This document shows positions 50,548 to 60,985 of a stretch of 64,000 bases of DNA, in pieces. Source of the DNA: Alphaproteobacteria bacterium MarineAlpha5_Bin7 (GTDB taxonomy: Bacteria > Pseudomonadota > Alphaproteobacteria > HIMB59 > GCA-002718135); NCBI GenBank assembly GCA_002938195.1, contig PTKX01000003.1:5454-69453 (forward strand). Direction: 5' to 3'. A program made the position numbers and the translations under genes. The number at the start of each line of letters is the position of its first letter. Positions within the stretch are counted from its first letter, which is position 1. The notes beneath the pieces are model-generated. The model did not search any database, had not been told where the DNA came from, and saw nothing but the letters and a program-made list of their open reading frames with translations.

Positions 50548-51450
50548 TTGAAAATTAATACATTTTATAAAGGTATTTTTTATACCTGTACAGCATCTCT
50601 ATTTTGGGGCATGCCTCAGCCTTTATTTTTTAATCAGATAAATTATGTTAAGCCCATTGAGGTTGCTTTTCATAGAGGCTTATGGTCTTTTATTTTTTTA
50701 TTCATTATTTTATTATTTTTTTTGAAAATTAAAGATTTTTTTTTAATTTTTTTCTCAATTAAAAAGTTAATTTTTTTATCCATAACTGGAATACTAATTT
50801 CAATTAATTGGACTGCTTTTATATTCGCTGTAAGTGTTGGAAGAGTACAAGATGCTTCTATGGGTTATTTTATTACGCCAATGATAAGTATTTGTTTAGG
50901 TTATTTTTTTTTAAAAGAACAGATAACACTTTTAAAATTTATTTCACTTTTATTAATGATTAGCTCTATTTTTTTTTTATTAATTAGTAACAATATCATA
51001 CCTTTTTTAGCTTTATTGATTGCTTTTACATGGGGTATTTATGGAGTATTAAGAAAACAAATAGATGTTTCACCAGCAATAGGTCTTCTATATGAATCTT
51101 TCTTTTTATCTTTATTTGCAATACCTTATTTAATTTTTATTTATATTAATGGATCTGGTTATTTTCTTACTTATAATTCTTATACATCAGTTTTATTAAT
51201 TTTAACTGGAGCAGTAACTATTTTCCCATTATTTTTTTTTAATTTAGGTATAAAAAATATTCCGCTAGGTTTTGCTGGAGTTCTTTTTTATATTGCTCCT
51301 ACATTTCATTTTATTACTTCAGTTTTCATACTAAAAGAAGATTTAATTATGTCAAAATTTATTTCTTTTTTAATAATTTGGATAGCGATAGCAATTTTTA
51401 TATATGATCAAGTAAAAAAAGAAAATGTTAACGTGAATAATACTCAATAA
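50548..51450 (+). CDS. rarD: RarD protein (EamA/DMT family transporter)
   Basis: 300 aa with a TTG start and the RarD-like N-terminus [21 protein letters not shown]...[12 protein letters not shown]. It has 10 TM helices. Confidence 0.82.
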   Translation: MKINTFYKGIFYTCTASLFWGMPQPLFFNQINYVKPIEVAFHRGLWSFIFLFIILLFFLKIKDFFLIFFSIKKLIFLSITGILISINWTAFIFAVSVGRVQDASMGYFITPMISICLGYFFLKEQITLLKFISLLLMISSIFFLLISNNIIPFLALLIAFTWGIYGVLRKQIDVSPAIGLLYESFFLSLFAIPYLIFIYINGSGYFLTYNSYTSVLLILTGAVTIFPLFFFNLGIKNIPLGFAGVLFYIAPTFHFITSVFILKEDLIMSKFISFLIIWIAIAIFIYDQVKKENVNVNNTQ

Positions 51451-52048
51451 CTAAATTAGGTTCCATTGTAACGGGATAAGGAACATCATGAATTAATGGA
51501 GCTCTTAAAAATCTTCCTTTTAACTCTTTAATATCTAATTCTAAGTATTCAGGTATTTCTCTTTCCTGTGAAACTACAGATTCTTGAATTATATTTATTT
51601 CTTTACTTTGATCTTTTAAAGAAATTTCATCTCCGTCTTTAACAGTATAAGAAGGTATATTAACTCTTTTACCATTCACTTTTACATGGCCATGATTAAC
51701 AAGTTGTCTAGCTGCAAAAATAGTAGGTACAAATTTCATTCTATATACAATAGAGTCTAATCTTCTTTCTAATAACTCAATTAAAATCTGACTTGTGTCG
51801 CCTCTAATATTGGAAGCTTTATTATATATATTTCTAAATTGTTTTTCTGTTAAATCTCCGTAATAACATCTAAGCTTTTGCTTAGCAAAAAGCTGAGAAC
51901 CATAATCTGACAGTTTTTTTCTTTGACCCTGAATTCCATGTTGCCCAGGTCTTGAATTTCTTTTATTAAAAGGACTTTTGGGTCTTCCCCACAGATTACA
52001 GCCTAATCTTCTATCTACTTTATATTTTGCTTTTAGTCTTTTGGTCAT
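51428..52048 (-). CDS. rpsD: 30S ribosomal protein S4
   Basis: 206 aa with [29 protein letters not shown], and the S4 RNA-binding domain [39 protein letters not shown]. Confidence 0.96.
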   Translation of the reverse strand: MTKRLKAKYKVDRRLGCNLWGRPKSPFNKRNSRPGQHGIQGQRKKLSDYGSQLFAKQKLRCYYGDLTEKQFRNIYNKASNIRGDTSQILIELLERRLDSIVYRMKFVPTIFAARQLVNHGHVKVNGKRVNIPSYTVKDGDEISLKDQSKEINIIQESVVSQEREIPEYLELDIKELKGRFLRAPLIHDVPYPVTMEPNLVIEYYSR

Positions 52049-52063
52049 CGTTTGTATTTTGGG

Positions 52064-52091
52064 CTTATAGAGATATAATACTACATGTCAA
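52064..52091 (-). promoter_or_regulatory. candidate sigma70-type promoter for rpsD
   Basis: The minus strand reads TTGACA-(16 nt)-TATAAG, ending 15 nt upstream of the rpsD ATG in the 54-bp spacer. Hexamer-like matches are common in AT-rich DNA, so this is weak. Confidence 0.3.
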
Positions 52092-52102
52092 ATCTATAAT
52101 GA

Positions 52103-52834
52103 TTATGAATTTAATTTTCTTTTTTTACTTAGTTTTTTTAACATTCCCCATAGAGTTTTAATTTCAATTTTACTTAAAGAAGACCGCAAAAAAATTGTTT
52201 TAATATTATTGAACATTTTAACGCTCTTTTGTTTTGGATATAAAAAGCCTGATTCATCAAGTTCTTTTTTAAGGTAATTCATAAAAAAATTAAACTCCTC
52301 TTTAGAGGCAATATTTTCAAATTCAGATTTTAAATTAGAATTCGATTTTTGTGAATTAAAATATTCATACCACTTGTAAGAAAATAATAATACTGCATGA
52401 GATAAATTTAATGATCTATTTGAATTAGATAAATTAATATTTAGTATTAAATCTGCTAACATCAAATCTTCATTAGACAATCCAGAATTTTCAGGTCCAA
52501 ATATAATTGCAATTTTTTTATTTTTAGGAATTTTTTTAAATAATTCATCAAAATTATTAATTTGAGGTTTGTTTAAAAACCTTTTTCTATTAGATGTAGC
52601 TACAACATAATGAAATGAAGACAAAGCGTTATCTAAATTATTAAAAACTTTTGCTTTCTTTATTATTTTACTTGAATTAGCAGATGATTGAATTGATATT
52701 TTATTTGGCCATTTTTCTCTTGGTGAAACTAAAAATAAATTATTTAAATCACAATTTTCCATCGCTCTCGCAGATAATCCAATATTTTCTGGTAATTGCG
52801 GTCTAACTAATACTATCGTTGGTTTATTTTTCAC
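52103..52834 (-). CDS. trmJ: SpoU/TrmH-class RNA 2'-O-methyltransferase, TrmJ-like
   Basis: 243 aa with IVLVRPQLPENIGLSARAMENC, IFGPENSGLSNEDL and LNLSHAV (SPOUT motifs 1-3). Confidence 0.78.
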   Translation of the reverse strand: MKNKPTIVLVRPQLPENIGLSARAMENCDLNNLFLVSPREKWPNKISIQSSANSSKIIKKAKVFNNLDNALSSFHYVVATSNRKRFLNKPQINNFDELFKKIPKNKKIAIIFGPENSGLSNEDLMLADLILNINLSNSNRSLNLSHAVLLFSYKWYEYFNSQKSNSNLKSEFENIASKEEFNFFMNYLKKELDESGFLYPKQKSVKMFNNIKTIFLRSSLSKIEIKTLWGMLKKLSKKRKLNS

Positions 52835-52845
52835 TTAATAAAATA

Positions 52846-54423
52846 TTATTTTAAATCATGAAAAAGTTTATAAGTAATGCTATCATAAATTGCATTATAT
52901 GATGCATCTATTATATTTGGAGAAACTCCGATTGTCGTCCAATGTATATTTTTATCATCTACAGATTCTATAAATACCCTTGTTATAGCGCCAGTACCTT
53001 TTTCAGGAGATAATATCATAACCTTGTAATCCGTAAGTTTTAAATTCTCTAAACTAGGGTAAAAGCTTATAAGTGCTTTTCTTAAAGCGCTATCTATTGC
53101 ATTTACTGGTCCATTTCCAATACCTACTGTCATTCTTTCTTCTTTATTTACATGCACATTTATAGTTGCCTCTGACTCAGTGATTAGTTGCCCTTTAGCA
53201 TTCCATCTTCTTTCATCGGTTACTCTAAATTTTTGTAAAGAATAGTAATCTTTTATTTGTCCAAGTTCTTTTCTAACTAAAATTTCAAAACTTGCTAAAG
53301 CTGTATCATATGAAAAACCATTAAATTCTTTTTCCTTAATAATTCTCAAAATATTCTTCAATTGATCATCGCTTAATTCTATAGACATTTTTTTAAGTTG
53401 ATTAAGTAAATTTGATTTACCTGCTTGATCGGAAATGATTACGTTTCTTGAGTTGCCTACTAAAACAGGGTCAATATGTTCATAAGTCGAAGGATTTTTT
53501 TCAACTGCTGAAGCATGCAATCCTCCTTTGTGAGAAAAAGCATATGCTCCTACATAGGGTGCCTGTTTATTAATTGGCAAATTTAATAATTCATTTAAAA
53601 TTTTAGATACTTTTGTTAATTGTGCTAAATTTTCTTTGGATACATTAATTTCAAAATTTGTTTTAAAATAAAGTGTTGGAATTAAAGATATTAAATTTGT
53701 ATTACCACATCTTTCTCCTAAACCATTTAAAGTTCCTTGAGCATGCCTAGCCCCAGCATTTAAGGCTGCTAATGTATTTGCTACAGCATTATCTGTATCA
53801 TTATGCGCATGAATTCCAAGATTCTTACCAGGAATATGTTCGGTAACATCTTTTACAATATTGTAAATTTCATCTGGTAAGGTTCCTCCATTAGTATCAC
53901 ATAACACTATCCACCTTGCACCAGCATCATAAGCAGACTTAATACATTTTATTGCATAATTTTTATCTATTTTATATCCATCAAAAAAATGTTCAGCATC
54001 AAATATTGGCTCTTTATTTTTATTTTTTATCAAGGAAATACTTTCATTAATCATACTTAAGTTTTCTTCCTCACTAATGTTTAATGCTTCTTTCACATGA
54101 AAAACTGAAGATTTACCAACTATACAAACTGATGAGGCTTTAGAGTTTATAAGCGTATTTAATCCAGGATCATTAGCTGCACTTTTACTAGGGCGTCTTG
54201 TCATCCCAAAAGCAGTTAAAGAAGTAGAGTTTAATTTTAAATCACGATTAAAAAAATCATCATCAGTAGGATTTGCGCCCGGCCAACCTCCTTCAATATA
54301 ATCGATACCTAAATCATCTATCGCTTTAGCAATACTCATTTTATCACTTACAGTGAAATTCACGCCAGTGGTTTGCTGACCATCCCTTAGTGTCGTATCA
54401 AATAAATATACTCTATTTTCCAT
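52846..54423 (-). CDS. cimA: citramalate synthase-type member of the 2-isopropylmalate/homocitrate synthase family
   Basis: 525 aa with FDTTLRDGQQT, IEGGWPGANPTDDDFF, HAHNDTDNAVANTLAA, and a C-terminal LeuA-dimer-like regulatory domain. Assignment to the CimA subfamily is inferred from the GGWPG.NP.D motif and the length. Confidence 0.7.
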   Translation of the reverse strand: MENRVYLFDTTLRDGQQTTGVNFTVSDKMSIAKAIDDLGIDYIEGGWPGANPTDDDFFNRDLKLNSTSLTAFGMTRRPSKSAANDPGLNTLINSKASSVCIVGKSSVFHVKEALNISEEENLSMINESISLIKNKNKEPIFDAEHFFDGYKIDKNYAIKCIKSAYDAGARWIVLCDTNGGTLPDEIYNIVKDVTEHIPGKNLGIHAHNDTDNAVANTLAALNAGARHAQGTLNGLGERCGNTNLISLIPTLYFKTNFEINVSKENLAQLTKVSKILNELLNLPINKQAPYVGAYAFSHKGGLHASAVEKNPSTYEHIDPVLVGNSRNVIISDQAGKSNLLNQLKKMSIELSDDQLKNILRIIKEKEFNGFSYDTALASFEILVRKELGQIKDYYSLQKFRVTDERRWNAKGQLITESEATINVHVNKEERMTVGIGNGPVNAIDSALRKALISFYPSLENLKLTDYKVMILSPEKGTGAITRVFIESVDDKNIHWTTIGVSPNIIDASYNAIYDSITYKLFHDLK

Positions 54424-54484
54424 ATTTTTTAGCCTGCTAAATCAAAAGTAATTTAATGTCGAGTTAATTTAAACAAATTGGATA

Positions 54485-55822
54485 TTATTTAATATATCCT
54501 AGTTTTTTTTGTATATGTTCTTTGGTTAATAATGGCATTAAATATTTAAGTTCTGGCCCTTCTTTCTTCCCAGTAAGTGCCATTCTTATTGGCATAAATA
54601 AATCTTTTCCTTTTTTCCCAGTATTTTCTTTAATCAATTTTGTCCATTTTTCCCAACTAGAGTCATCATATGGTTCATTAGGTAATAATTCTGCAATTGC
54701 ATTTAAAAAATTATTATTTTCATTCTTATATATTTCATCGTTATATATAATATTATACCAATCTAATGATTCAGAAAAAAAATTAATATTTCTATTTATA
54801 AATAACCAAAATTTTTCATTTAAATTTTTATAACCTAAATGAATAAACTTTTCGCTAACATCTTTGAAATCATAAGTTTGAAGTATTTCTTTATTTAATT
54901 GTTTTAAAACATCTAAAGAAAATTTTGGTGAGGAAGTTGATAATTGTTTAATGTTAAAATTTTTTAATAATTCATTATAATCTTTAAATTTTGATAAATT
55001 ATTGCTAGTACCTATACTTGATAGGTAATTAAGTATTGTAATGCTTTCAAAACCACTTTCAATTAATTTTTGTAAAGATAAACTATTAAGCCTTTTACCA
55101 AGACTTTTGCCATTTTCATCTAATAAAAAAGGATGATGCCCAAAGTTAGGTACATTTGAATTTAGAGCTTTAAATATTTGTATATGAAAAGCTGTATTAG
55201 TTATATGATCTTCACCTCTAATTATATCAGTAATATTTTCTTCTATATCGTCAATCACAGAGGGTAGATGATATAAAAGACTACCATCTTCTCTAATTAA
55301 TATCGGATCGCTTAAGTTTTTACTATCCAAAACTACGGTTCCTTTAATTAAATCATTCCATGAAATTTTTTCATCATCTAATCTAAATCGCCAGTGATGT
55401 TTTTTTCCACTTTCAATTAATTGATTAATTTTTGATTTATCTAATTTCAATGAACTTCTGTCATAAATAGGAGGCTTTCCTAAAGAGAGTAAAGTTTTTC
55501 TTTTTAGAGATAGTTCTTCTTCGCTTTCAAAACATGGGTATAATCTATTATTATCTTTTAATATTTTAATTCTATCTTGATAAACCTTTAACCTATCAGA
55601 TTGATTAAAAGTTTTTGACCAATCTAATCCTAACCACAAAAGATCTTCTTTTATTTTAGATTCAAATTCTTTTTTACTTCTTGATATGTCTGTATCGTCT
55701 ATTCTGAGAATAAACTCTCCACCTTTTTTATTAATATAGCTCCAATTTAATATAGCAGATCTTGCATTACCTATATGCAAAAACCCCGTTGGACTAGGAG
55801 CAAATCTAGCTCTATTAATCAC
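54485..55822 (-). CDS. gltX: glutamate--tRNA ligase
   Basis: 445 aa with RFAPSPTGFLHIGNARSA (HIGH motif), a GKSLGKR (KMSKS-like) region, and a C-terminal anticodon-binding helical domain. Confidence 0.92.
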   Translation of the reverse strand: MINRARFAPSPTGFLHIGNARSAILNWSYINKKGGEFILRIDDTDISRSKKEFESKIKEDLLWLGLDWSKTFNQSDRLKVYQDRIKILKDNNRLYPCFESEEELSLKRKTLLSLGKPPIYDRSSLKLDKSKINQLIESGKKHHWRFRLDDEKISWNDLIKGTVVLDSKNLSDPILIREDGSLLYHLPSVIDDIEENITDIIRGEDHITNTAFHIQIFKALNSNVPNFGHHPFLLDENGKSLGKRLNSLSLQKLIESGFESITILNYLSSIGTSNNLSKFKDYNELLKNFNIKQLSTSSPKFSLDVLKQLNKEILQTYDFKDVSEKFIHLGYKNLNEKFWLFINRNINFFSESLDWYNIIYNDEIYKNENNNFLNAIAELLPNEPYDDSSWEKWTKLIKENTGKKGKDLFMPIRMALTGKKEGPELKYLMPLLTKEHIQKKLGYIK

Positions 55823-56562
55823 TATTTATCCTTAATTTCACAAACTGGTATTGGTAACATTTTGTGTAAATTCTTTTTTCTTATTTCATTATACTTTTTA
55901 AAATATTGGCTATCTGAATTTTCCATCGCTTCTTCTATTTGTTTATAGGTTAAACCAAGTTGAGTTTCATCGTTACGACTATCTTCCCATAATCCATCAG
56001 TTGGTGGTGCGTCTATTATATCTTTAAGTATATTTAATTCTTCAGCAATTTTCCAAACATCTGTTTTTGTACAATCAGCTAAAGGAGAAATATCAACTCC
56101 TCCATCTCCATATTTTGTAAAAAAACCAACACCAAAATCTTCAATTTTATTTCCAGTTCCAACTACTATTCCATTACTATACTGTGCAATTTGATACAAA
56201 GTAATCATTCTTAAACGTGATCTAGAATTTGCAAAAGCAAGTTCATTATCAAAACTGTTCATTAATTCTTTAAACGATTCAAAAACATTATCTAAATTAA
56301 TGACTGAAGTAGTAACATTAGAAAAATTTTTTTCTAGCCATCTTAAATGTTTTATACTTAAATCATGTTGTTTGGGATTTTGTTTTATTGGCATTGATAC
56401 TGCTATAGTTTTTAACCCTGTTTTTGCTGAGAGTGTGCTACTTACTGCTGAATCCACACCTCCTGATATACCAATTACTAAAGCAACAGGTTGAGCAGGT
56501 ATTTTAAGTGTATAATTTAAAATCCAATTTGTTATAAAATCAACTTTATCGCTAACAAGCAT
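55822..56562 (-). CDS. nadE: NH3-dependent NAD+ synthetase
   Basis: 246 aa with the PP-loop GISGGVDSAV and GTGNKIEDFGVGFFTKYGDGG. Confidence 0.9.
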   Translation of the reverse strand: MLVSDKVDFITNWILNYTLKIPAQPVALVIGISGGVDSAVSSTLSAKTGLKTIAVSMPIKQNPKQHDLSIKHLRWLEKNFSNVTTSVINLDNVFESFKELMNSFDNELAFANSRSRLRMITLYQIAQYSNGIVVGTGNKIEDFGVGFFTKYGDGGVDISPLADCTKTDVWKIAEELNILKDIIDAPPTDGLWEDSRNDETQLGLTYKQIEEAMENSDSQYFKKYNEIRKKNLHKMLPIPVCEIKDK

Positions 56563-56583
56563 AAAATTAATATATATATTATA

Positions 56584-57969
56584 TTATAGATTTGAAGACT
56601 TCTTTGATGAAAATTTTTCATCTTTTAAAAAATCAGATAAAAGAAATGCTAACTCTAAAGCTTGAGAAGCATTTAAACGTGGATCACAGTATGTATGGTA
56701 TCTACTTTTTAAATCACTTTCTTGAATCTCTTGAAGACCTCCTAAACATTCTGTAACATCTTGGCCTGTCATTTCAAGATGAATCCCGCCTGGATAAGTG
56801 CCTTCAGATCTATGGATATTAAAAAATTTTTCAATTTCTGAAATAATATTTTTTAATGGTCTGGTTTTATAACCAGTTTTTGCTTTAATTGTATTGCCGT
56901 GCATTGGATCACATGCCCACACTACCTTTTTTCCCTCTTTTTTAATATTTGCTACTATTGTTGGTAGTTTAGTTGATATATTATCAGCTCCCATTCTACA
57001 AATAAGAGTTATTCTTCCCGCTTTATTATTTGGATTAATTACATCAATAATTTTAATTAGTTCTTCAACATCTGTAGAAGGTCCTACTTTTATTCCTATT
57101 GGATTACCAATACCTCTTGCAAATTCTACATGAGCCCCATCTAACTGACGTGTTCTATCACCAATCCAAAGCATATGAGCAGATACATCGTACCATTTTC
57201 CTGATGTGCTATCTATTCTAGTCATCGCTTCTTCGTATGGTAGTAGTAGCGCCTCATGACTTGTAAAAAAATCTGTTTCATTCATTTGAGGAACATTTTG
57301 ATCGTTGATTCCGCAAGCTTCCATGAAAACAAGACATTCGTCTATTCTTTTAGCTATTTGTTGAAATCTAGACTTTGACTGCCCTTCTTTAATATAACTT
57401 AAATTCCACTGATGTATTTGTTTTAAATTTGCAAAACCTCCTTGCGCAAATGCTCTCAGTAAATTGAGAGTAGATGCTGATTGATTATATGCCTGAATTA
57501 AACGATTAGGATCAGGATTTCTAGATTCTTTATCAAATTTTATTCCATTAATAATATCACCCTTATAAGATTCTAATTCAACATCATTTACAATTTCAGT
57601 ATCTTGAGATCTAGGTTTTGCAAATTGACCTGCCATTCTTCCAACCTTAACAACCGGACAAGATGCTCCAAATGTTAGAACGACAGCCATTTGTAAAATA
57701 ACTTTAAATGAGTCTCGTATATTGTTAGGGTGAAAATCAGAAAATGACTCTGCGCAATCTCCTCCTTGAAGTAAGAAAGCTTGACCATTAGCTACATCAG
57801 ACAATTGTTTTTCTAAATTACGCGCTTCTCCAGCAAAAACTAATGGAGGAAAATTAGATAGTTGCTTAGTTGCAATATCAAGGGCTTTAACATCTTTATA
57901 TTTAGGAAGATGCTTAGCCGGCTTTTCTCTCCAACTTGCTGGTTTCCATTTTGTATCAATATTATTCAT
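56584..57969 (-). CDS. class II (plant-like) 3-deoxy-7-phosphoheptulonate (DAHP) synthase
   Basis: 461 aa with [48 protein letters not shown] and GGIHLEMTG. Confidence 0.93.
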   Translation of the reverse strand: MNNIDTKWKPASWREKPAKHLPKYKDVKALDIATKQLSNFPPLVFAGEARNLEKQLSDVANGQAFLLQGGDCAESFSDFHPNNIRDSFKVILQMAVVLTFGASCPVVKVGRMAGQFAKPRSQDTEIVNDVELESYKGDIINGIKFDKESRNPDPNRLIQAYNQSASTLNLLRAFAQGGFANLKQIHQWNLSYIKEGQSKSRFQQIAKRIDECLVFMEACGINDQNVPQMNETDFFTSHEALLLPYEEAMTRIDSTSGKWYDVSAHMLWIGDRTRQLDGAHVEFARGIGNPIGIKVGPSTDVEELIKIIDVINPNNKAGRITLICRMGADNISTKLPTIVANIKKEGKKVVWACDPMHGNTIKAKTGYKTRPLKNIISEIEKFFNIHRSEGTYPGGIHLEMTGQDVTECLGGLQEIQESDLKSRYHTYCDPRLNASQALELAFLLSDFLKDEKFSSKKSSNL

Positions 57970-58024
57970 AAAATAAATGGGCTATTAGACCTTCTTGGTT
58001 ATACAAACAAGTTCAAAATATGAC

Positions 58025-59323
58025 TTATTTATTACTGTTTTTCCTAGAAAAAACTAGTTTTGATCGTTCTACGGCTAAAGAATTAGGAGGGACATCCTTA
58101 GTTATTACACTTCCAGCGCCAATTTTTGAATTCTTCTTTATTATAAGAGGAGCTATCAGAGAAGAGTTAGATCCTACAAAGACATTGTCTTGAATGATAG
58201 TTTTATTTTTATTTTTTCCATCATAGTTACAAGTTATTGTACCTGCGCCTATATTAACATTTTTTCCAACAACACTATCTCCAATATAAGATAGATGACT
58301 AATTGAAGTGTTATTACCTATTATAGAATTCTTGATTTCAACATAATTCCCTACTTTAACATTAGTGCCAAGAGTTGTATTCGGTCTTAATCTAGCAAAA
58401 GGTCCTACTGTAGATTCTTTGCCAATTTTTGAAGACTCAAGAACAGTATGACTTTTGATAGTTGTTTTATCATCGATTTTGACTCCTTTTTTAATGTAAA
58501 CAAAGGGCTCAATTTCAACATCATTACCTATCTTAGTGTCAAAACTTAACCTTATGGTATCTGGGTTTAGTATTTTAACTCCTTTTGCAATCATTTTATT
58601 GATTAAATTACGTTGGTATATTTTATCAACTTTATTAAAATCATTTAAATTATTAACACCTAAAACATCTTCTTGTTTACAAAATATATAGCTGAAACCT
58701 TTTTTATTTTTATTAGCAATTTTAAAAATATCAGTTAAATATTTTTCCTTCTTGAAATTTTTATTATTTATTTGTTTTATAAAAGAAAATAAAACACTAT
58801 ATTTACACAACATTATACCTGAATTACATGTAGTGATTTTTTTTGTTTCTAAATTCGCGCTTATTTCTTCTATAACAGACTCAACTTTATTATTTTTAAT
58901 TAAGACTCTTCCATAACCAAAGGGTTGAGATGAATTAAAAGCTATCATCGATCCAGCTTTTTTATTTTTTAAATAATTATTTATCATTCTTCTTAAAATT
59001 GTAGAACTTATAAGGGGCACATCTCCAAAAAGTACTAGAATATTTGAGTTGTCATTAATTAATTTTTTTGCAGATAAAACTGCATCTGCTGTACCATGTT
59101 GTTTTGCTTGAATTACAAATTTACAATTCAAAAATTTTTTTTTTAAAATATTTACATTTTGTTTATTGCAAACAAATATTATTTCTTTTGAAATATTTTT
59201 AACAGCTAAGTAAACATGGTCAATTATCGGCAAACCTCCAAGCTCATGAAAAATCTTTGATTTAGAACTCTTAAAACGTGTGCTTTTACCAGCTACCAAT
59301 ATTACTGTTGTTAAATTATTCAT
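58025..59323 (-). CDS. glmU: bifunctional GlcNAc-1-phosphate uridyltransferase / glucosamine-1-phosphate acetyltransferase
   Basis: 432 aa with an N-terminal nucleotidyltransferase domain (VILVAGKSTRFKS, HGTADAV) and a C-terminal left-handed beta-helix of hexapeptide repeats (IGNNTSISHLSYIGDSVVGKNVNIGAGTITCNYDG). Confidence 0.9.
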   Translation of the reverse strand: MNNLTTVILVAGKSTRFKSSKSKIFHELGGLPIIDHVYLAVKNISKEIIFVCNKQNVNILKKKFLNCKFVIQAKQHGTADAVLSAKKLINDNSNILVLFGDVPLISSTILRRMINNYLKNKKAGSMIAFNSSQPFGYGRVLIKNNKVESVIEEISANLETKKITTCNSGIMLCKYSVLFSFIKQINNKNFKKEKYLTDIFKIANKNKKGFSYIFCKQEDVLGVNNLNDFNKVDKIYQRNLINKMIAKGVKILNPDTIRLSFDTKIGNDVEIEPFVYIKKGVKIDDKTTIKSHTVLESSKIGKESTVGPFARLRPNTTLGTNVKVGNYVEIKNSIIGNNTSISHLSYIGDSVVGKNVNIGAGTITCNYDGKNKNKTIIQDNVFVGSNSSLIAPLIIKKNSKIGAGSVITKDVPPNSLAVERSKLVFSRKNSNK

Positions 59324-59363
59324 AAATATAAGGACTAAACTATTTCTTTTTATTATAAATAAA

Positions 59364-59996
59364 CTAAAAGTTTCTTAAAATTTCATTTCCTAATTTAATT
59401 ATTTCTTTTGATGTATCAGAATTAATACTAATATCAACAACGCCCCTTCCTACTGAAAAAGTTTCTGCATAAATAACCTTACTAGAAATCCGTGATCTGG
59501 AAATTTTTGCCCCTGCATATCTCAATCTCAATATCATAGCTTCCGTCAATTTTGCTCTCGGCAAAACTCTATTAAGAACAACTGTTACATTTTTTCTTTG
59601 TTTTTTAACAAGATCTAAAAAAGGTAAAGTTGCAAGAAAATCAACTGGACTTGGTTGTGCTGGAACAATTACCCTATCAGCATTCTTTACTATTTGGGTC
59701 GATTCATAAGTAATTGAAGGTGGGCTATCAATAATAATAAAGTTGTAATTTTTCTTTATATCTCTAAGATCTTGATCAAAAGTGTGCGGATTATATGAAA
59801 GTAAATCAATTCCTATATCGTTTTCTCCATAATATTTTTTCCTTGCTTCAATCCAATGAGTAAAGCTTTTTTGAGAATCAGCATCATAAACTGCTACCTT
59901 GTAATCGCTATTACTCCACAATACAGCAATATTTGCAGCCAAGGTAGTTTTTCCAGTTCCACCTTTTTGGTTTGAAAAAGATATAATTTTACCCAT
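59364..59996 (-). CDS. orphan ParA/MinD-class (deviant Walker A) ATPase
   Basis: 210 aa with FSNQKGGTGKTTLAANIA (KGGxxGKT deviant Walker A with signature Lys) and IIIDSPP (Walker B-like). No ParB-like partner gene is adjacent. Confidence 0.82.
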   Translation of the reverse strand: MGKIISFSNQKGGTGKTTLAANIAVLWSNSDYKVAVYDADSQKSFTHWIEARKKYYGENDIGIDLLSYNPHTFDQDLRDIKKNYNFIIIDSPPSITYESTQIVKNADRVIVPAQPSPVDFLATLPFLDLVKKQRKNVTVVLNRVLPRAKLTEAMILRLRYAGAKISRSRISSKVIYAETFSVGRGVVDISINSDTSKEIIKLGNEILRNF

Positions 59997-60055
59997 ATAA
60001 TAATTTATTTATATTCATTTATAGTTATATGAAACATGATTTATAATCAATTAGT

Positions 60056-60985
60056 ATGAAGATAAATTTAGATAAAGCAATAAATATCCTAAAAAATGGG
60101 GAATTAATAATCTTTCCTACTGAAACAGTTTATGGTCTTGGTGGAGATGCAACAAATAAAAAAACAATAAAAAAAATATACAAATTAAAAAAAAGACCAA
60201 TCATTAATCCAATAATTTGTCATTTTAAAAATATTAATCAAATCGAGAAAAATTTTCTAATTACTCCTAGAGCTTATGATTTGGCAAATAAATTTTGGCC
60301 AGGTCCTTTAACACTAATTTTAGAAAAAAAAGATTCTTCTCATATTAATTCTATTCTCTCAAATAATAATAAATTTGTAGGGTGTAGAATTCCTAATAAC
60401 CAAATTGCTTTAAATTTACTAAATGAAATAGATTTTCCTATTGCGGCCCCAAGTGCAAATATATCTTCAAAACTTTCTTCAACAAGAATTTCACATATTT
60501 CAGATATTTTACTTAAAAATGCTTATTTTGTTGATGGAGGTGAGAGTTTGTATGGACTAGAATCAACTGTTGTCAAAGTGATAGATGACAAAAATGCCCA
60601 AATACTTCGACTGGGCTCTATAACATTGGAACAAATTAAAAAAATAATTCCTAACACTAAAATTGATAATGTAAAAAATAGCTTAGTTTCGCCAGGCCAA
60701 CTCACTAAACATTATTCACCTAATAAAAACATAAGAATAAATGTTGATTATGTAAAAGAGGATGAATCTTTATTAAATTTTGGATCAAATGATTTAAAAT
60801 CAAAGATATTGGAATTAAACTTAAGTCATGACTCTAACTTAGAAGAAGCATCTAAAAATTTTTATAATTTTTTGCATATTCTTGATAAATCAAATTGTAA
60901 AGGAATAGCTATAGCTAATATTCCCAATGAAGGTTTAGGTAAAACTTTGAATGATAGATTAATGAGAGCGGCTTCAATTGAATGA
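60056..60985 (+). CDS. tsaC: L-threonylcarbamoyladenylate synthase (Sua5/YwlC-type TsaC, YrdC + Sua5 domains)
   Basis: 309 aa with IFPTETVYGLGGDA, KKRPIINPII, PLTLIL, SANISS and a C-terminal Sua5 domain. Confidence 0.88.
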   Translation: MKINLDKAINILKNGELIIFPTETVYGLGGDATNKKTIKKIYKLKKRPIINPIICHFKNINQIEKNFLITPRAYDLANKFWPGPLTLILEKKDSSHINSILSNNNKFVGCRIPNNQIALNLLNEIDFPIAAPSANISSKLSSTRISHISDILLKNAYFVDGGESLYGLESTVVKVIDDKNAQILRLGSITLEQIKKIIPNTKIDNVKNSLVSPGQLTKHYSPNKNIRINVDYVKEDESLLNFGSNDLKSKILELNLSHDSNLEEASKNFYNFLHILDKSNCKGIAIANIPNEGLGKTLNDRLMRAASIE

